Shown in pieces: positions 27,502 through 40,696 of a stretch of 64,000 bases of DNA. Each line of letters begins with the position of its first letter. Within the stretch, counting starts at the first letter, position 1. The stretch is from Mobula hypostoma (Eukaryota). The stretch lies in assembly GCF_963921235.1 (NCBI RefSeq), contig NC_086097.1, positions 27,406,001-27,470,000 of the forward strand. Reading direction: 5' to 3'. The position numbers and the translations under genes are program-made. The notes under the pieces were generated by a model. It saw only the letters and a list, made by a program, of their open reading frames with translations. It was not told the origin of the DNA and ran no database searches.

Positions 27502-27624
27502 AACAACAGGAATTCTGCAGATGCTGGAAATTCAAGCAACATACATCAAAGTTGCTGGTGAACGCAGCAGGCCAGGCATCATGCTGCCTGGCCTGCTGCG
27601 TTCACCAGCAACTTTGATGTATGT
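27502..27624. mobile_element. Palindromic mini Penelope-like insertion (two inverted terminal pieces)
   Basis: Perfect arms of about 42 bp (27537-27578 / 27585-27626). Perfect 15-bp TSD tgtacgaatatcaca at 27487-27501 and 27625-27639. Confidence 0.85.
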
Positions 27625-27826
27625 TGTACGAATATCACAGCTGTGATATACACAGAGTGATTGTATGTATTTAAAGTGATGCTAGGTGATGTGTATGTGG
27701 TGATGAGGGGTGCAGTGATAGGAGTGGGACAAACAGTCCATAAGCAGGGTGCGTGGGATCCTTCATGATATTCATCAAAGTTGCTGGTGAACGCAGCAGG
27801 CCAGGCAGCATCTCTAGGAAGAGGTA

Positions 27827-27864
27827 CAGTCGACGTTTCGGGCCGAGACCCTTCGTCAGGACTA
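27827..27864 (-). ncRNA. Minimal type I hammerhead ribozyme motif with intact core
   Basis: Minus strand reads UAGUC CUGACGA A GGGU-CUCG-GCCC GAAA C GUC|GACUG. It has stem I AGUC/GACU, the CUGANGA and GAAA boxes, a 4-bp stem II, a palindromic ACGU helix III and a GUC cleavage triplet. Confidence 0.8.
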
Positions 27865-28478
27865 ACTGAAGGAAAAGCTAGTAAGAGATTTGAAAGTGGG
27901 AGGGGGAGGGGGAGATCCGAAATGATAGGAGAAGACAGGAGGGGGAGGGATGGAGCCAAGAGCTGGACAGGTGATTGGCAAAAGGGATACGAGAGGATCA
28001 TGGGACAGAAGGCCCAGGGAGAAGAAAAGGGGGAGGGGGCGAAAAAGCCCAGAGGATGGGCAAGGGGTATAGTGAGAGGGACAGAGGGAGAAAAAGGAGA
28101 GAGAGAAAAAAAAGTGTGTATATAAATAAATAACGGATGGGGTACGAGGGGGAGGTGGGGCATTAGCGGAAGTTAGAGAAGTCAATGTTCATGCCATCAG
28201 GTTGGAGGCTACCCAGATGGAATATAAGGTATTGTTCCTCCAACCTGAGTGTGGCTTCATCTTTACAGTAGAGGAGGCCGTGGATAGACACATCAGAATG
28301 GGAATGGGATGTGGAATTAAAATGTGTAGCCACTGGGAGATCCTGCTTTCTCTGGCGGACAGAGCGTAGGTGTTCAGCAAAATGATCTCCCAGTCGGCGC
28401 TGGGTCTCGCCAATGTATAGAAAAGGATATCCCCCTCCCCCTCCCACTTTCAAATCTCTTACTAGCTCTTCTTTCAGT

Positions 28479-28516
28479 TAGGCCTGATGAAGGGTCTTGG
28501 CCTGAAACGTCGACTG
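28479..28516 (+). ncRNA. Hammerhead ribozyme motif, conserved boxes intact but stems weakened
   Basis: UAGGC CUGAUGA A GGGUCUUGGCCU GAAAC GUC GACUG, with a G-A mismatch in stem I and a G-U pair at the base of stem II. Confidence 0.6.
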
Positions 28517-29355
28517 TGCCTCTTCCTAGAGATGCTGCCTGGCCTGCTGTGTTCACCAGCAACTTTTATGTGTGTTGCTTGAAATTCCAACATCTACAGA
28601 TTTCCTCATGTTTGCCTTCAAGATATTGTTGGCGTTTTTCCTGAACCTGTATGTCCTTGATGGTGGTGGGTTGGGGGGGGGGGGTTGGGGTTAGGGTAGT
28701 GCTGGTGATGAATTGGGGGGTTGGGGTTAGGGTAGTGCTGGTGATGAATTGGGCAGATTTATCTACCCGTTGAGAACCCTCGTGTTAACTGTAATGCAGT
28801 TTCTTTACCAAACACTGATATAGCATGTCAAGATGCTCTTCACTGCACATCTGTAAAAGGTCATGATGTGCATAGTTGATCCAGCTCTTCTCCACAAGTT
28901 GAAGTACTCCATTCCACAACTTTCCAGGGTTTTAAAATCCTGTAGTAAGTCACCTCTCCACTGTTATATTTTACTGATTAAGTAGTTTCTCCCATTACTG
29001 GTAAAATCATTGCAACTCTTTCCTAAATTTCTCTGGTGTTTCCATATCCATTTTTATAATATGACTGTTAGAACTGTACATTGTACAAACACACTCTAAA
29101 CCATGTTAAGCATAAATTCACTATCACTCAATTCCATGTAACTACAAAGGAATTCCAGTGCTTAGTTTGCATTTGTTCTGCCCTTATTAGCTCTTATCAT
29201 CATTGCTCCTCCCTCCCTAAGTTGTTTTTAAAATATACGACCTAATTTGTCTTGGCAAAATTGAATTTCTGACCATGATCAGTGTCAAAGCTTCAAGAAC
29301 AAGCATTGCCACGGTGCATTTATTAATATCTTGTTGCCTTCCTTAGTATTGACCA

Positions 29356-30580
29356 TCCTCTCCAAATCTGCCTCTAACTTGCACCCTGCCCATAAATTCA
29401 CTCAGTCCATTTCTGACACCTCCCTCCCCTTTCTCAATCTCTCTGTCTCCATCTCTGGAGACAAACTGTTGACCCCTGTCTCCTGTAAAAATGCTATTCC
29501 CTTTTCTCAGTTTCTTTGTCTCTGCCATATCTGTTCCCAGGATGTAGGCTTGTTTCCAAGAATGTCCTCCTTCTTCAAAGAATGGGCTTTCCTTTCTCCA
29601 CCGCTGATGCTGCCCTGACCCGCATCTCCACCATTTCCTCGATATCTATGTTCACTCCACCTTTCTGTCACCGTAACAGTTCTCCTTGTCCTTACCTACC
29701 ACCCCATGAGCCTTCATGTCTGACATCATTCTGTGCAATTTCCACCACCTCCAAAGGAATTGCACCACCAAACATACCTTTAACTTCCCCCCCTTCACTT
29801 TCTACAGGAATTGCTCCCTCCGTGATCCTCCTGTTCATTCTTTCCTCCCTACTAATCTCCCTCGTGGCACTTATCCCTGCAAGCGGCTGAAGTGTGACAT
29901 CTGACCATTCACCTCTCCCTTATCTCCCCTCAAGGTCCCAAACAGTCCTTCCAGGTAAGGCAACAATTCACCTGTGAACCTACTGGGGTCGTCTATAGTG
30001 TCTGGTGCTCCCAATGCGGCCTCCTCTACATTAGTGAGACCTGTCATAAATTGGGGCACCACTTCATTGAGCAACTACACTCCAAAAGCGGAACTTCCTA
30101 GTGGCCAACCATTTTAATTCCAATTCCCATTCGCATTCTGACATGTTGGTCCACAATGTGCCACAATGAGGCCTCCCTCAGAGTGCAGGAGCAACACTTT
30201 ATATTCTGTCTGGGTAGCCTCCAACCTGATGGCATGAATATCAATTGCTCCTTCCAAATATAAAAAAAAATTATCTCCCCCTCCCCTCTTCCTTTGTTCC
30301 CCAGTCTAGCCGCTTTCTCTTCTCACCTGCCTATCACCTTTCCTTGGGGACCCTTGTCCTTCTCTCCTCTCCTATACGATTCTTTCCTCTCCAGCCCTTT
30401 CCCTTTCCTACCTACCTATCTTACCCTGTCACCTTCTAGCTAGTCCTCTTTCCCCTCCCCTCTTCTTCCCCCTTCCTTTCCAGTCCTGAAAAGAGTCTCA
30501 GCCTAAAACATTGACCGTTTATTCATTTCCACACATGCTGCCTGACCTGCTGTTCCTCCAGCGTTTTGTGTGCGTTGGTC
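29356..30580 (+). mobile_element. Penelope-like element 3' half (RT thumb, GIY-YIG, pLTR), decayed
   Basis: Contains ASNLHPAHKFTQSISDTSLPFLNLSVSISGDKL, PVSCKNAIPFSQFL, GVVY..WCSQCGLLYISET and LGSLQPDGMN remnants, plus a degenerate hammerhead at 30481-30517. Confidence 0.85.
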
Positions 30581-31254
30581 TCCAACATCAACTTGGTCTC
30601 CACCGCAAATTAACCAAGGTGTCTTTTGAATTCAAAATTCTGGATTATTAATATGAATATGAATAGCATGATTTTTCTGATCTTACTAAGTCCAAAATGC
30701 TGCTTCAATGCAAGGTTAAGAACAACCACAGTTGTTCCTTTAGCGTCAACAACAATAAAATTAAGTTTATTTCTAATCTAACTCTACAACCTCATCTATC
30801 ATACCAAGGACATGACAGAAGGCCTCATCTGTTCCTACCTTCACATAAGGAGACAATACAGATTTCAGGATCTGTGGACTGTTTATTAAGAGAAATTCAT
30901 TGAGAAGGTCTCCTTACAGTGCACTGATGGGCTACCCCCAAACTACATGAATTCCATCCACTTGGTGACCACAAAGGACATTATCCTCACCATACATTAA
31001 CTCCCAAGAGAAATGCAGGGTACAGCATCAGCCTCCATGGCTTTGTGAACCTTTGACTCTGTCAACTGAGAGTGACTGACCCTGCAAAAGGGGCATGTGA
31101 GACGGCACTGAGAACTACAGTTTAATGATTCGGGAGCGTTGCACGAAAGTCCAAAGTAAACATCAGAAAAGGGGGCACCACCATCCTCCTAGCCTACCTT
31201 GTACAACACTGGCCTCGTCAATAACCCAACGAGTTGGTTAAGAGCAGCACAAAA

Positions 31255-31560
31255 GCTTAGCAGTTGGAGTAATGCTATTACACTGCCAGTGACCCAGGTT
31301 CAATTCCTATGTTGCTTGTAGATTCTCCTTGTGACCACATGTGTTTCCCCTGGGTACTCCGGTTTCCTCCCACATTCCAAAGACATTCCAAAGGTTAGGG
31401 TTAGTGAGTTGTGGGCATGCTATGTTGGTGCTAGAAGAGTGGCAACACTTGCAGGCTGCCCCAGCACATCCTTGGACTGTGTTGGTCATTGATGCAATTG
31501 ACACATTTCACTGTATGTTTCAATCTACAAAGTGACAAATGAAGCTTATCGCACTACCTT
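31255..31560 (+). repeat. tRNA-derived V-SINE (tail type B)
   Basis: B box ggttcaattcc, V-domain ctccggtttcctcccacattccaaagac and tail gggcatgctatgttgg... Confidence 0.75.
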
Positions 31561-34500
31561 TTTATCTAATCTCATCAAAGAGCACTGCCACAAGAAAGCA
31601 GCATCCACTATCAAGGAGCCCAACTATGCAAGCCATGCTCTCTTCTCACTACTACCATTGAACAGGAGGTACAGCAGTTTTAGGTCCCTTCACTCATTTC
31701 AACTCTGAACTGATTTCAAAACCTGTAGACTCTCAAATTCATGTTTTCAACATTATTTATTTATTTATTTATATTGATTTTATTTGCATAATTTGTCTTC
31801 TTTTCCACACTGGTTGATAATGTCTTTATGTATAGTATTTCATAATTCTGTTGTATTTCTTTATTGTCCTGTAACTGCTGCAAGAAAATGAATCTCAAGG
31901 TTGTACAAATGTGTAAATGGTGGCATGTATGTACTTTGATAATAAATTTACTTTGACTTTGATTTCAGAATCCAATGGAGGAAAGTCATCCTTGAGCCCA
32001 AGGGACTGCTTAAGAAGTTCCTGATGAAGGGTTTTGGCTCAAAACGTTGACTGTTTATTCTCCCCCATAGATGCAGTCTGACTTGCTGAGGTCCTCCAGC
32101 ATTTTGCCGGAGAAGATCGCTTGCTGACACCCAGCTCTTCATTTACAGTTTCACGCTTCACTGCTGTTGCTCTGCAGGATTACCCATCTCATTTAAGGTT
32201 CTGCATATGCAACACTAATCTTCAGCTTGGAGCTAGAAAGATTCAGGCTATATGCTGCTTGTTTCATGATGATACTGACTTCAGATTCAGAAGTCTTTAT
32301 CACACGCACATCGAAACACAGTGAAAGGTGTCATTTGCGTTAATACCCAAGTCAACCCAAGGATGTGCTGGGGGCAACCTGCAAGTGTCACCACACATTC
32401 TGGCACCAACATTCCCACTCTGTTCAGCAGAACTACACAAGCAACAACAGCAGAACTAAACCAGTCAACAACAAAGTCCCTTTCCCACCCACCCATCTAA
32501 CCCCTCACACACACAGACAGGCTTCCAATCCCAAGACAGGCTGCCCCTGGGTCGCCAGTCCTCAGCCCTGGACTCTCCGATTGGCAGACATCAGACCTCC
32601 AACCTCTAGATCCTGACCCGGACTTGCAGGCTCAATTTTCAGGCTTTTACCTCCAGACTTGATCTTCGGATTTGCCTTCTGGATGTCACCCACCTCTGAG
32701 TGTCAACCCCAGAACTAGTCAATCACAGGAAGAGGAAAGGCATTACTGGTACTGCTTCAGGCTTTCGATTCTGGTCTCTACCACCCCACTCTGCCTCCTC
32801 TATAGCCCCCGTGAAGGGCCTCGGCTCAAAACATCAATCACCCTCTGAACTAAAGTGGGATATCTTCACTCATCTCAATACTGAAATAATTCCACAACCT
32901 ATGGACTCACTTTCAAGCACTCTGCAAATCATGTTCTCAATATTAATTAATTAATTATCTATCTATCTATTTATTTATTGTCTTTCTTTGAATTTGCAGT
33001 TTGTCTCCTTTTGTACTTTGGTTGCTTGTTTATCTTTGAGTGTAGTTTTTTATCGATTCTATTATACTTCTATGTTCTACTGTGAATGCCCGCAGGAGAA
33101 TGAATCTCAGGGTAGTAAATGGTGGTATACATGTCCATTGATAATAAATTTATTTTGAATGTTGAACTGCTTACTTCCTTCCATTGAAACTGCTCGACCC
33201 GCTGAGCTCACCCAGCATTCTCCTCCCTGACTTCTCCCCAAGGCTGCTAACTCAAGCTGAATGTGATGTGGATTAGGAGATGAAAATGATGGGGGTGGGG
33301 CGGTGTTGGAGGGGGAAAGATGTGGCGGTGGGGGCAATATCTGGCGGGCGTTTGAAGCCAGAAGTGATTGGGCATAGAGTTGGCAGAGGGCTGTTGTTGG
33401 TTGGTTACAAGCAGGGATGGGCTGGTCAATGGAGTCAACATAGAACATTACAGCACAGTATAGGCCCTTCAGCCCACGATGTTGTGCTGACCTTTTAACC
33501 AACTCTAAGATCAATCTAACCCTTCCCTTCTCCATAGCCCTCCATTTTCCTATCACCCTTGTACCTACCTAAGAGTCTCTTAAATGCCCCTAATGTACCC
33601 AATGGTGTTTTATTTCCTCTTATTTTGCTTCCAGATTTATTCTGCATTTCAAGTGCAGAGTTATGACTCACAGTAATAAGCATCCAGAAAATGGTTGAAG
33701 GAACTATTTTTGGAGAAAGTTTAAATGCTGTTCATTGATGAGAACGTCCTCCATACATTCGCACATACAAGAAAGTGAAACCTTGGCAAGCAGGAAGATG
33801 TCAGTGTTGCAGGGTAATCATCTGTATGTGCATGATCAGAAGGTGTTTACCTCCTCTGTATGTCTAAGCTGCTTATTTCACTTGCTGGAATGTTGTGCAA
33901 GCAGTCCTCCAATTCAACAGCACGGTTTGTTTTTTTAAAGCTTTATACCTCCCCTTGCACCTTTCCCCAGGATGAAAAGGTGTAAGCTGGAGATGTGCAG
34001 CCCACTGAACAGGTTAGGCCTCTCTTTACCACCGGAAGTTTAAAGTTCAAAGGTTCATTTATTACCAAAGTATGTAGGCAGTATGTTACCATACAACCAC
34101 CTTGAGAAACAGGTAGTAACAGAAAATGGAAAAGAAAGTGATTAATATTCCACTTTGTTAACCATTAAAGCTTAAATATTTTCAGTTTGATGGTTTTTAT
34201 ACTCCATGGTTTGGAAGTATAAAAGACAAATCTCAGAGTTCTATACTGCATACATACTTTGATAATAAATGAACCTTTTAACCCTTGAAATCAACCATGA
34301 TGGAAAGCCGGAGCAGACTCGATGGGCACAGCCCTCCCCACCACTGAGGACATCTTTAAAAAGCAATGCATCAAGAAGTGGCATCCATCATCAAGGAGCC
34401 TCACCATAAGGGTACATACCCTCTTCTTGATACAACTATCAGGGAGGAGGTCCTGGAATCTGAAGACCCACACTCAATGATTCAGAGACAGCTTCTTCCC

Positions 34501-37444
34501 CTGCACCATCGGATTTCTGAATGGTCCAGGAATATATGAACACTACCAAACTATTCATGTTTCTTAAACTATTTAATTTTGTAATTTACAGTTAACTTAT
34601 GTCCTTGCACTGTTCTGCCGCCACAAAACAACAAATTTCATATCATGTATGTCAGAAATAATAAATCTGAGTCTGATTATAAACCTCATAAAACCAAGGG
34701 CATATTGAAACAGCTAATGTAGTCTGCTGTAGTCTTCATAGCTAAATATGACAATGAAATGCAATGAGACAACTGTCTGGAGCTGAACTATTTCAATGGT
34801 GTTGATTGGGGGATAATTGATGCTCAGAGTGGTGTTAAAATAACATCCTGAGCAAAGAAACAAGGTATCAATTTGACATAAAAATCACATTTGATTCACT
34901 ATTGTTAATTGACTGAAATTCTCAGAGACCCCTTTTTGCTGTCAGTTAATAAAACAGGCAAAATACTATCACAACTATTTCTAAACTCTGTGGCTTTTTA
35001 CTTGTGTTCAATTCTGGAATAGAAAGCTAGCAACAGCAATAGTGACCATGAAGCTTGGAATTACTGCAAGAAAGTTAACTGATTCCTTACCTAAACCAAC
35101 CAGCACAAACCTAACCACTACAACTTAGCAACACTATAACCACTTTGATCACTTTGCACCGCAATGGACTTCCTTCTTTCTTGTAGAAATTGAGCATAAT
35201 ATTAGGTTTTGTGAATGTTGCTTATCTGATGCTATGTGCCTGTGATGCTTGCTGCGAGATTTTCATTGCACCTATGCATTCATGTAGAATACAGAACAGT
35301 ACAGTACAGGACCAGGCCCTTTGGACTACATTGTTGTGCTGAACTAATTATATTAGTAATCAACTGCTCAACTAAAACTAATCCCCTCTGCCTACACAAT
35401 GTCTCTATCCTTCCATTTCCTGCACATTCATGTGCTTTTCCAAGAGCCTCTTGAATGCCCTGATCTTATTTGCCTCCACCACTGCTCTGTGTAAAAAAAA
35501 CCTGTACCATACATTTCCTTTGAACTTACACGCGCCCCCCCCCGCCCCATCTTAAAAGCATGCCCTCTGGTATTAGATATTTGAACCCTGGGAATTGATA
35601 CCAGCTTCTATGCCTCTCATAATCTTATAAACTTCTTTCCTCAGCCTTTGTCATTCCAGAGAAAACAATCCAAGTTTATTCAACTCCTTACAGCACATAC
35701 CCTCTAATCCAGGCAGCATCCTGGTGAACCTCTTCTGCACCCTCTCCAGATCTTCAAAATCATTCTTACAATGGGGTGGCTAGAACTGAAATGGGCGTCT
35801 GACAATAAACTCAGCTTTGGTTCAGCATGGTCTGTCAGAGAAATCAACTTGCTCTCCACATCCAGTCTAATGAATTGGTTATTCGTGGGTCACTACAATG
35901 TGATTGACTTGTGATTGCTCAAAGATAACTGAGGTGGATAATTAACATTGACCTAATCAGAAACCAATGAACAAATCAAACAGAATAATGCAAATATCAC
36001 TCAGAAATTAACTGAATACAGCTTAAATAGAAACAAAACAATTTAATACTTCAATCAACAAATCTTGAAGACTGGAGTCTATAATTATCAATAAATAAAA
36101 TATAATTAACAAGCATTCATTGACTCTATTTACATTAATAGAGCTATACAGTATGAAGCAGGCTCTTTGGCTCAACTTACCCATGTTTAAACTAATCTCA
36201 TTTGCCTGGGCTTGGTTCATTTCTCTTTTGTCCATTTGTCTTGTCAACGTTGTTAAAGTACCGGCCTCTTACACTCACCACCCTTTGCAGGAAGAAGTTG
36301 CCCCTCAAGTCCTCTTTAAGTCTTTCCCTTTTCACCTTACACCTTTAGTCTTTGATTCCTTTTTCCTGGGAAAAAGACACTGTGGATTCAGCCTATCTAT
36401 GCTCCTCAGGATTTATTATCCATCATGGAGGAGGCATAGGAGCCTGAAGACATGTGCTGAATGTTTCTGAACAGCTTCTTCCCCTCTGCCATCAGATTTC
36501 TGAATGGACAGTGAACCCATGAACACTAATTCAGTACTTTTCCCTCTCTTTTTGCATTACTTATTTAATTTATTTTTATATGTATTTCTTGTAATTTATA
36601 GTTTGTATTACTATGTACTACAATGTACTGCTGCCACAAAACTACAAATTTCATGACATATGCCGGTGATATTAAACCTGATTCTGATTTTGATTCCTTC
36701 TGTCTCCTATGCCCAAAGAACCTAAGTCCTAGCCTGCCCAACTTCTCCCTATAACTCGGGCCCTCAAGCCCTGGCAACATGCTTGTAAATTTTTGCACTG
36801 ATGTGGGTGGTCCACACACTCCTTCATACATTAATGGCACCGAGGTTGAGAGGGTGGAGAGTTTCAAGGAGTGGATATCACCAATAGCCTGTCCTGTAGA
36901 CAACATAGCTAAGAAAGCTCACTGTCATCTCTTCCTCCTTAAGAGGCTAAAGGAATCTGGATTGCCCCTGTGATCCTCACTAATTTTTATAACTGTACCT
37001 TTTGGATGTATCACGGCTTGGTATAGCAACTGCTTTGCTCGTGACCACAAGAAACTGCGGAGGGTTGTGGACACAGCTTGGTACATGACAGAAACCAGCT
37101 ACCCCTTTATAGACTCAGCCTACAGTTCTCGCTGCCTCCAACATAATCAAATAATCAAAGATCCCAGCGCTCTAGACATTCTGCCATCTCTCCCCCCCCC
37201 CAACCCCCCATTGGGCAGAAGATACAAAAGCTTGAAAACACATACTACCAGCCTCAAAGACAGCTTCTATCTGACTGTTGTAGGACTATTGGTTGATCCC
37301 CTCGTACAATAAGAAGGAATCTTAATCTCACAATCTACTTCATCGTGGTCTTGTGCATTACTGTGTGCCTAAACAACACTTTGTAAGTGTAACACTTTAT
37401 TCTGCATTGTTGTTTTCCCTTGTGTTGTACCACATACCCATTAT

Positions 37445-39578
37445 TCTAATCTTGGCATACAGACCGACCACTGGTTAAACAAGTCAAGCCATCTTACAAG
37501 AAGATCAGGACTGTTTTGAAAACCTGGACTTCAGCATATTCAGGAAGGCGGCTACCTACAACCATCACGCCAACGTTGATGAATATGTGCGATCAATGAC
37601 TGGCTACACAGGAAAGTGCATTGAGAACATTACTGTGACTAAAAACTTCACTGCCATGGAAAACAAAAAAAACATGGCTGACTGCAGGGATTCATGCACT
37701 GCTTAGGGATCAGGACAGTACCTTCAGATCAGGAGAGAGGATGACTCTAAAGTCAGCAAGAGCTGTGCTCTTTCATGCCATCAGGAAGGCAAAGTGAGAG
37801 TACTTACAGAAAGTTCACAAGACACCTTTGTGACACTGGGGGGACACAGCGCAAGTGGAAAGTGATACAAACCATGATAGATTACAAGTTTACCCTATGT
37901 GCCAATGACTGTGAGGCATACCTTCCTGATAGGCTGAATGCCTTCTATGCACGATTAGACGCAATAAATGACGTGACATTGAGGATAGCCCTTCCCCTCC
38001 TCCCCCTAAGGAACAGACACCCTGTCTGACCGCAGCCGAGGTGAGGAGGATCCTAGTCAGGGTAAACTCATGCAAAGCTGTGGGGGCACACAACATACCT
38101 GATCAGGTGCTGAGGGGTTGTACGGCCCAGCTAACAGAGATCTTAAAGGGCATCTTTAATGTCTCTTTAAAACAGTCCAGTGCCCCTGCAGGCTTCAAGG
38201 CAGCCATCATCATTCCAATGCCCGAGAGAGCGATGGTAACTGGCCTAAATGATTACGGCCCAGAGGAACTGACTTCAACAATCATGAAGTGCTTAGGGTG
38301 GCTGGTAACGAATCGTATAAAATCCCATCTTCCACACTTCTACACTTTCCAATTCACCTACTGCTTAAACTGGTGCACTGATAATGCCACAGCCTCTGCC
38401 CTCCACTCCGTCCTGTCCCACCTAGAAAACAACGCCTAACACACCAGAATTTTGGTCACTGACTTCAGCTCGGAGTTTAATACAATCATCCCTCAGAGGC
38501 TGGTGGGTAAACTGTCCTTGCTGGGACTCAACATCCTGCTCTGTAACTGAATCTTGGACTTCTTAATGGAAAGACAGAAGTCAGCAGGAGTTGGCAGTAA
38601 CATCTCAGGATCTGTCACACTGGGCAGTGGTGTTTTCCCAGGGCTGTGCGCTCACCCATTGCCGTTCATGCTGCTGACTCATGACTGCACTGCAGGTCCA
38701 GCTCAAACCACATCATCAAGTTCACTGATAATATAACAGTAGTTGGCCTCATCAGCAACAATGATGAGTCGGCAAACTGAGAGGAGGTAAAGAGGCTTGT
38801 CAAATGCTTTGAGAACAACAATCTGAGTCTCAGTGTAGACAAGGTGGTTATGGACTTCAGTAAGGCACAGGTCAACCACTCTCCATTGCACATCCATGGC
38901 TCTGCTGTGGATGGAGTGAAGAGTACAAAGTTCCTTGGTGTGCACATAAAGGACGATCTAACCTGGACCAAGAACATCTCCTCATGAGTCAAGAAGGCAC
39001 AGCAGCATCTATGCTTTTTGAGGAGACTGAGGCGTGCAAGACTCCCTGCCCTCATTCTATCAACTTCCTTCAAGACCACCATTGAAAGGGTCCTGCCCGG
39101 CTGCATCATTGTGTGGTACGGAAGCTGCAAAACATCGGACCACAAGACCCTACAGAGGACAGTAAGAACAGCTGAGAGGATACCATGGTCTCCCTCCCCC
39201 CCGCTCCATTTGTGACATTCACCAGCAGCATTGTAGATGAAGAGCCAGAAGCAATGCTGAGAATCCCTGCTGCCCAGACTCTTTGACCCACTATCGTTGG
39301 GAATGAGAAAAGGGCACAGAAGCATCAGGCTGTGTGACTAATGAATACCCTGCCACCACTGAGGTCTTGTCACTAGAACTTCGAGCTGTTTACTGTTTAT
39401 CTGTATTGCACTCTACATGCATTTTGAATTATATTTTATTAACTTATTTACGATAATATTTTGCTTTGTGTTCTGTGTGTGATAAACGTTTGGTGGGTGC
39501 ACTGTGGTCCGGAGGAATGTTGTTTCATTTGATTGTAGATATGTACAGACAGATGGCAATAAACTTGAACTTGAACTA
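37445..39578 (+). mobile_element. Rex1/Babar-like LINE, about 2.1 kb decayed RT region with 3' tail
   Basis: Contains RVNSCKAVGAHNIPDQVLRGC...[27 protein letters not shown] and IKFTDN..VVGLISNNDE, and ends aataaacttgaacttgaact. Confidence 0.85.
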
Positions 39579-40696
39579 TTCCATTTCCATTACAATTGAA
39601 ATGCTCCAACCATAGCAAATCTCCCCTGCACCCTCTCCAGTACATTTACATCCTTCTTATAATGTGGCAACCATAACTGTACATGATTCTCCAGTTGTGG
39701 GCTAATCGGAGTTTTGTAAAATTGTACTATGACTTCCCTCCTTGCTCTTCTATGGCCCAGCTCCTGTACGTCCCTTCAGCTACCAAAGGGTTGGGGATCT
39801 TCAGAGTTCTCCACTACCCAGACTAAGATTAAGTGAATAAATATATATTGGAACAGGTAGGTAGGAAGGGTTGAAATTAAACAGCCATGATTTTAATGAA
39901 CGATGGAGGAGGCTGTAGAGGTTCATACCTCAATCTCTCATTTTTCTTTAATTTAGCGATGCAGCATGGTAACAGACCCTTCCAGCCCAAAGAGCTTGCA
40001 TCGCCCAAATACACCCATGTGACCAATTAACCTACGAACCCATACATCTTCGGAATGTGGGAGGAAGCCTGAGCACCAGCAGGAAACTCATGCAGTCACG
40101 GGGAGAACGTACAAACCCCTCACAGACAGCTGAGGCCTCTAGAGTAGCATCATCCACAAAATAAGGTCCACTTTCATGCACACTGATGGCACTTGGCTCC
40201 CCTTCACTTGAACCCTCCAATTCTTTCCACAGCTTAAAGCTTAAACTTAAAGCTTAAGGTTGTACCTTTGTGTTCTATCTCTGTCTTGCTCCTCTATCCT
40301 CACAGACTGCTTTGTTTTTACGATACCCCTTATATCAACTCCTCAGCTCTCCACACCAGCCTCCTCTCCCTTTCATCAGCAGCGGGAAGCATACTTTCAG
40401 AATCTTAGATCCCCAATCTTTATTTCCTTTAATAAACCCCTCTAGCTCTTTCTTTCTTCATTCTCTGTAAAATCAACCTCTTTGATTATAGCTTTAGGAC
40501 CAGCCAATCCATTCCTTCTTTGACACATCTCTGCAAAGCACTTAAAAAGCACCACACACATACAAGTAGGTATTGTCCAATGCATGATGGAAAATCAGAA
40601 TCATAAAATCTGCATGCCTCCTTACTCTGTATATCTGTGTGTGTGTGCATTATGTTACATTTTTACGCATATATTTACCTTCAGCATCTGAAAACA

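Larger units (their letters stand above)
27773..28614 (-). mobile_element. Young Penelope-like element: GIY-YIG C-terminal half between inverted pLTR segments
   Basis: Encodes LYIGETQRRLGDHFAEHLRSV...PVATHFNS...RLEEQYLIFHLGSLQPDGMN. Inverted termini of about 140 bp (27773-27915 / 28425-28570). TSD ccttca(t/a)gatatt at 27760-27772 and 28615-28627. Confidence 0.9.

Noticed and set aside
27579..28163. 194-aa Pro/Ser-rich ORF
   Set aside because: It is a chance read-through of the pyrimidine-rich PLE pLTR that crosses insertion boundaries.
28660..28755. G-rich tandem duplication with ggggttaggg (telomere-like / G4)
   Set aside because: It has only two copies of a ~35-bp unit with isolated TTAGGG, consistent with ordinary local slippage.
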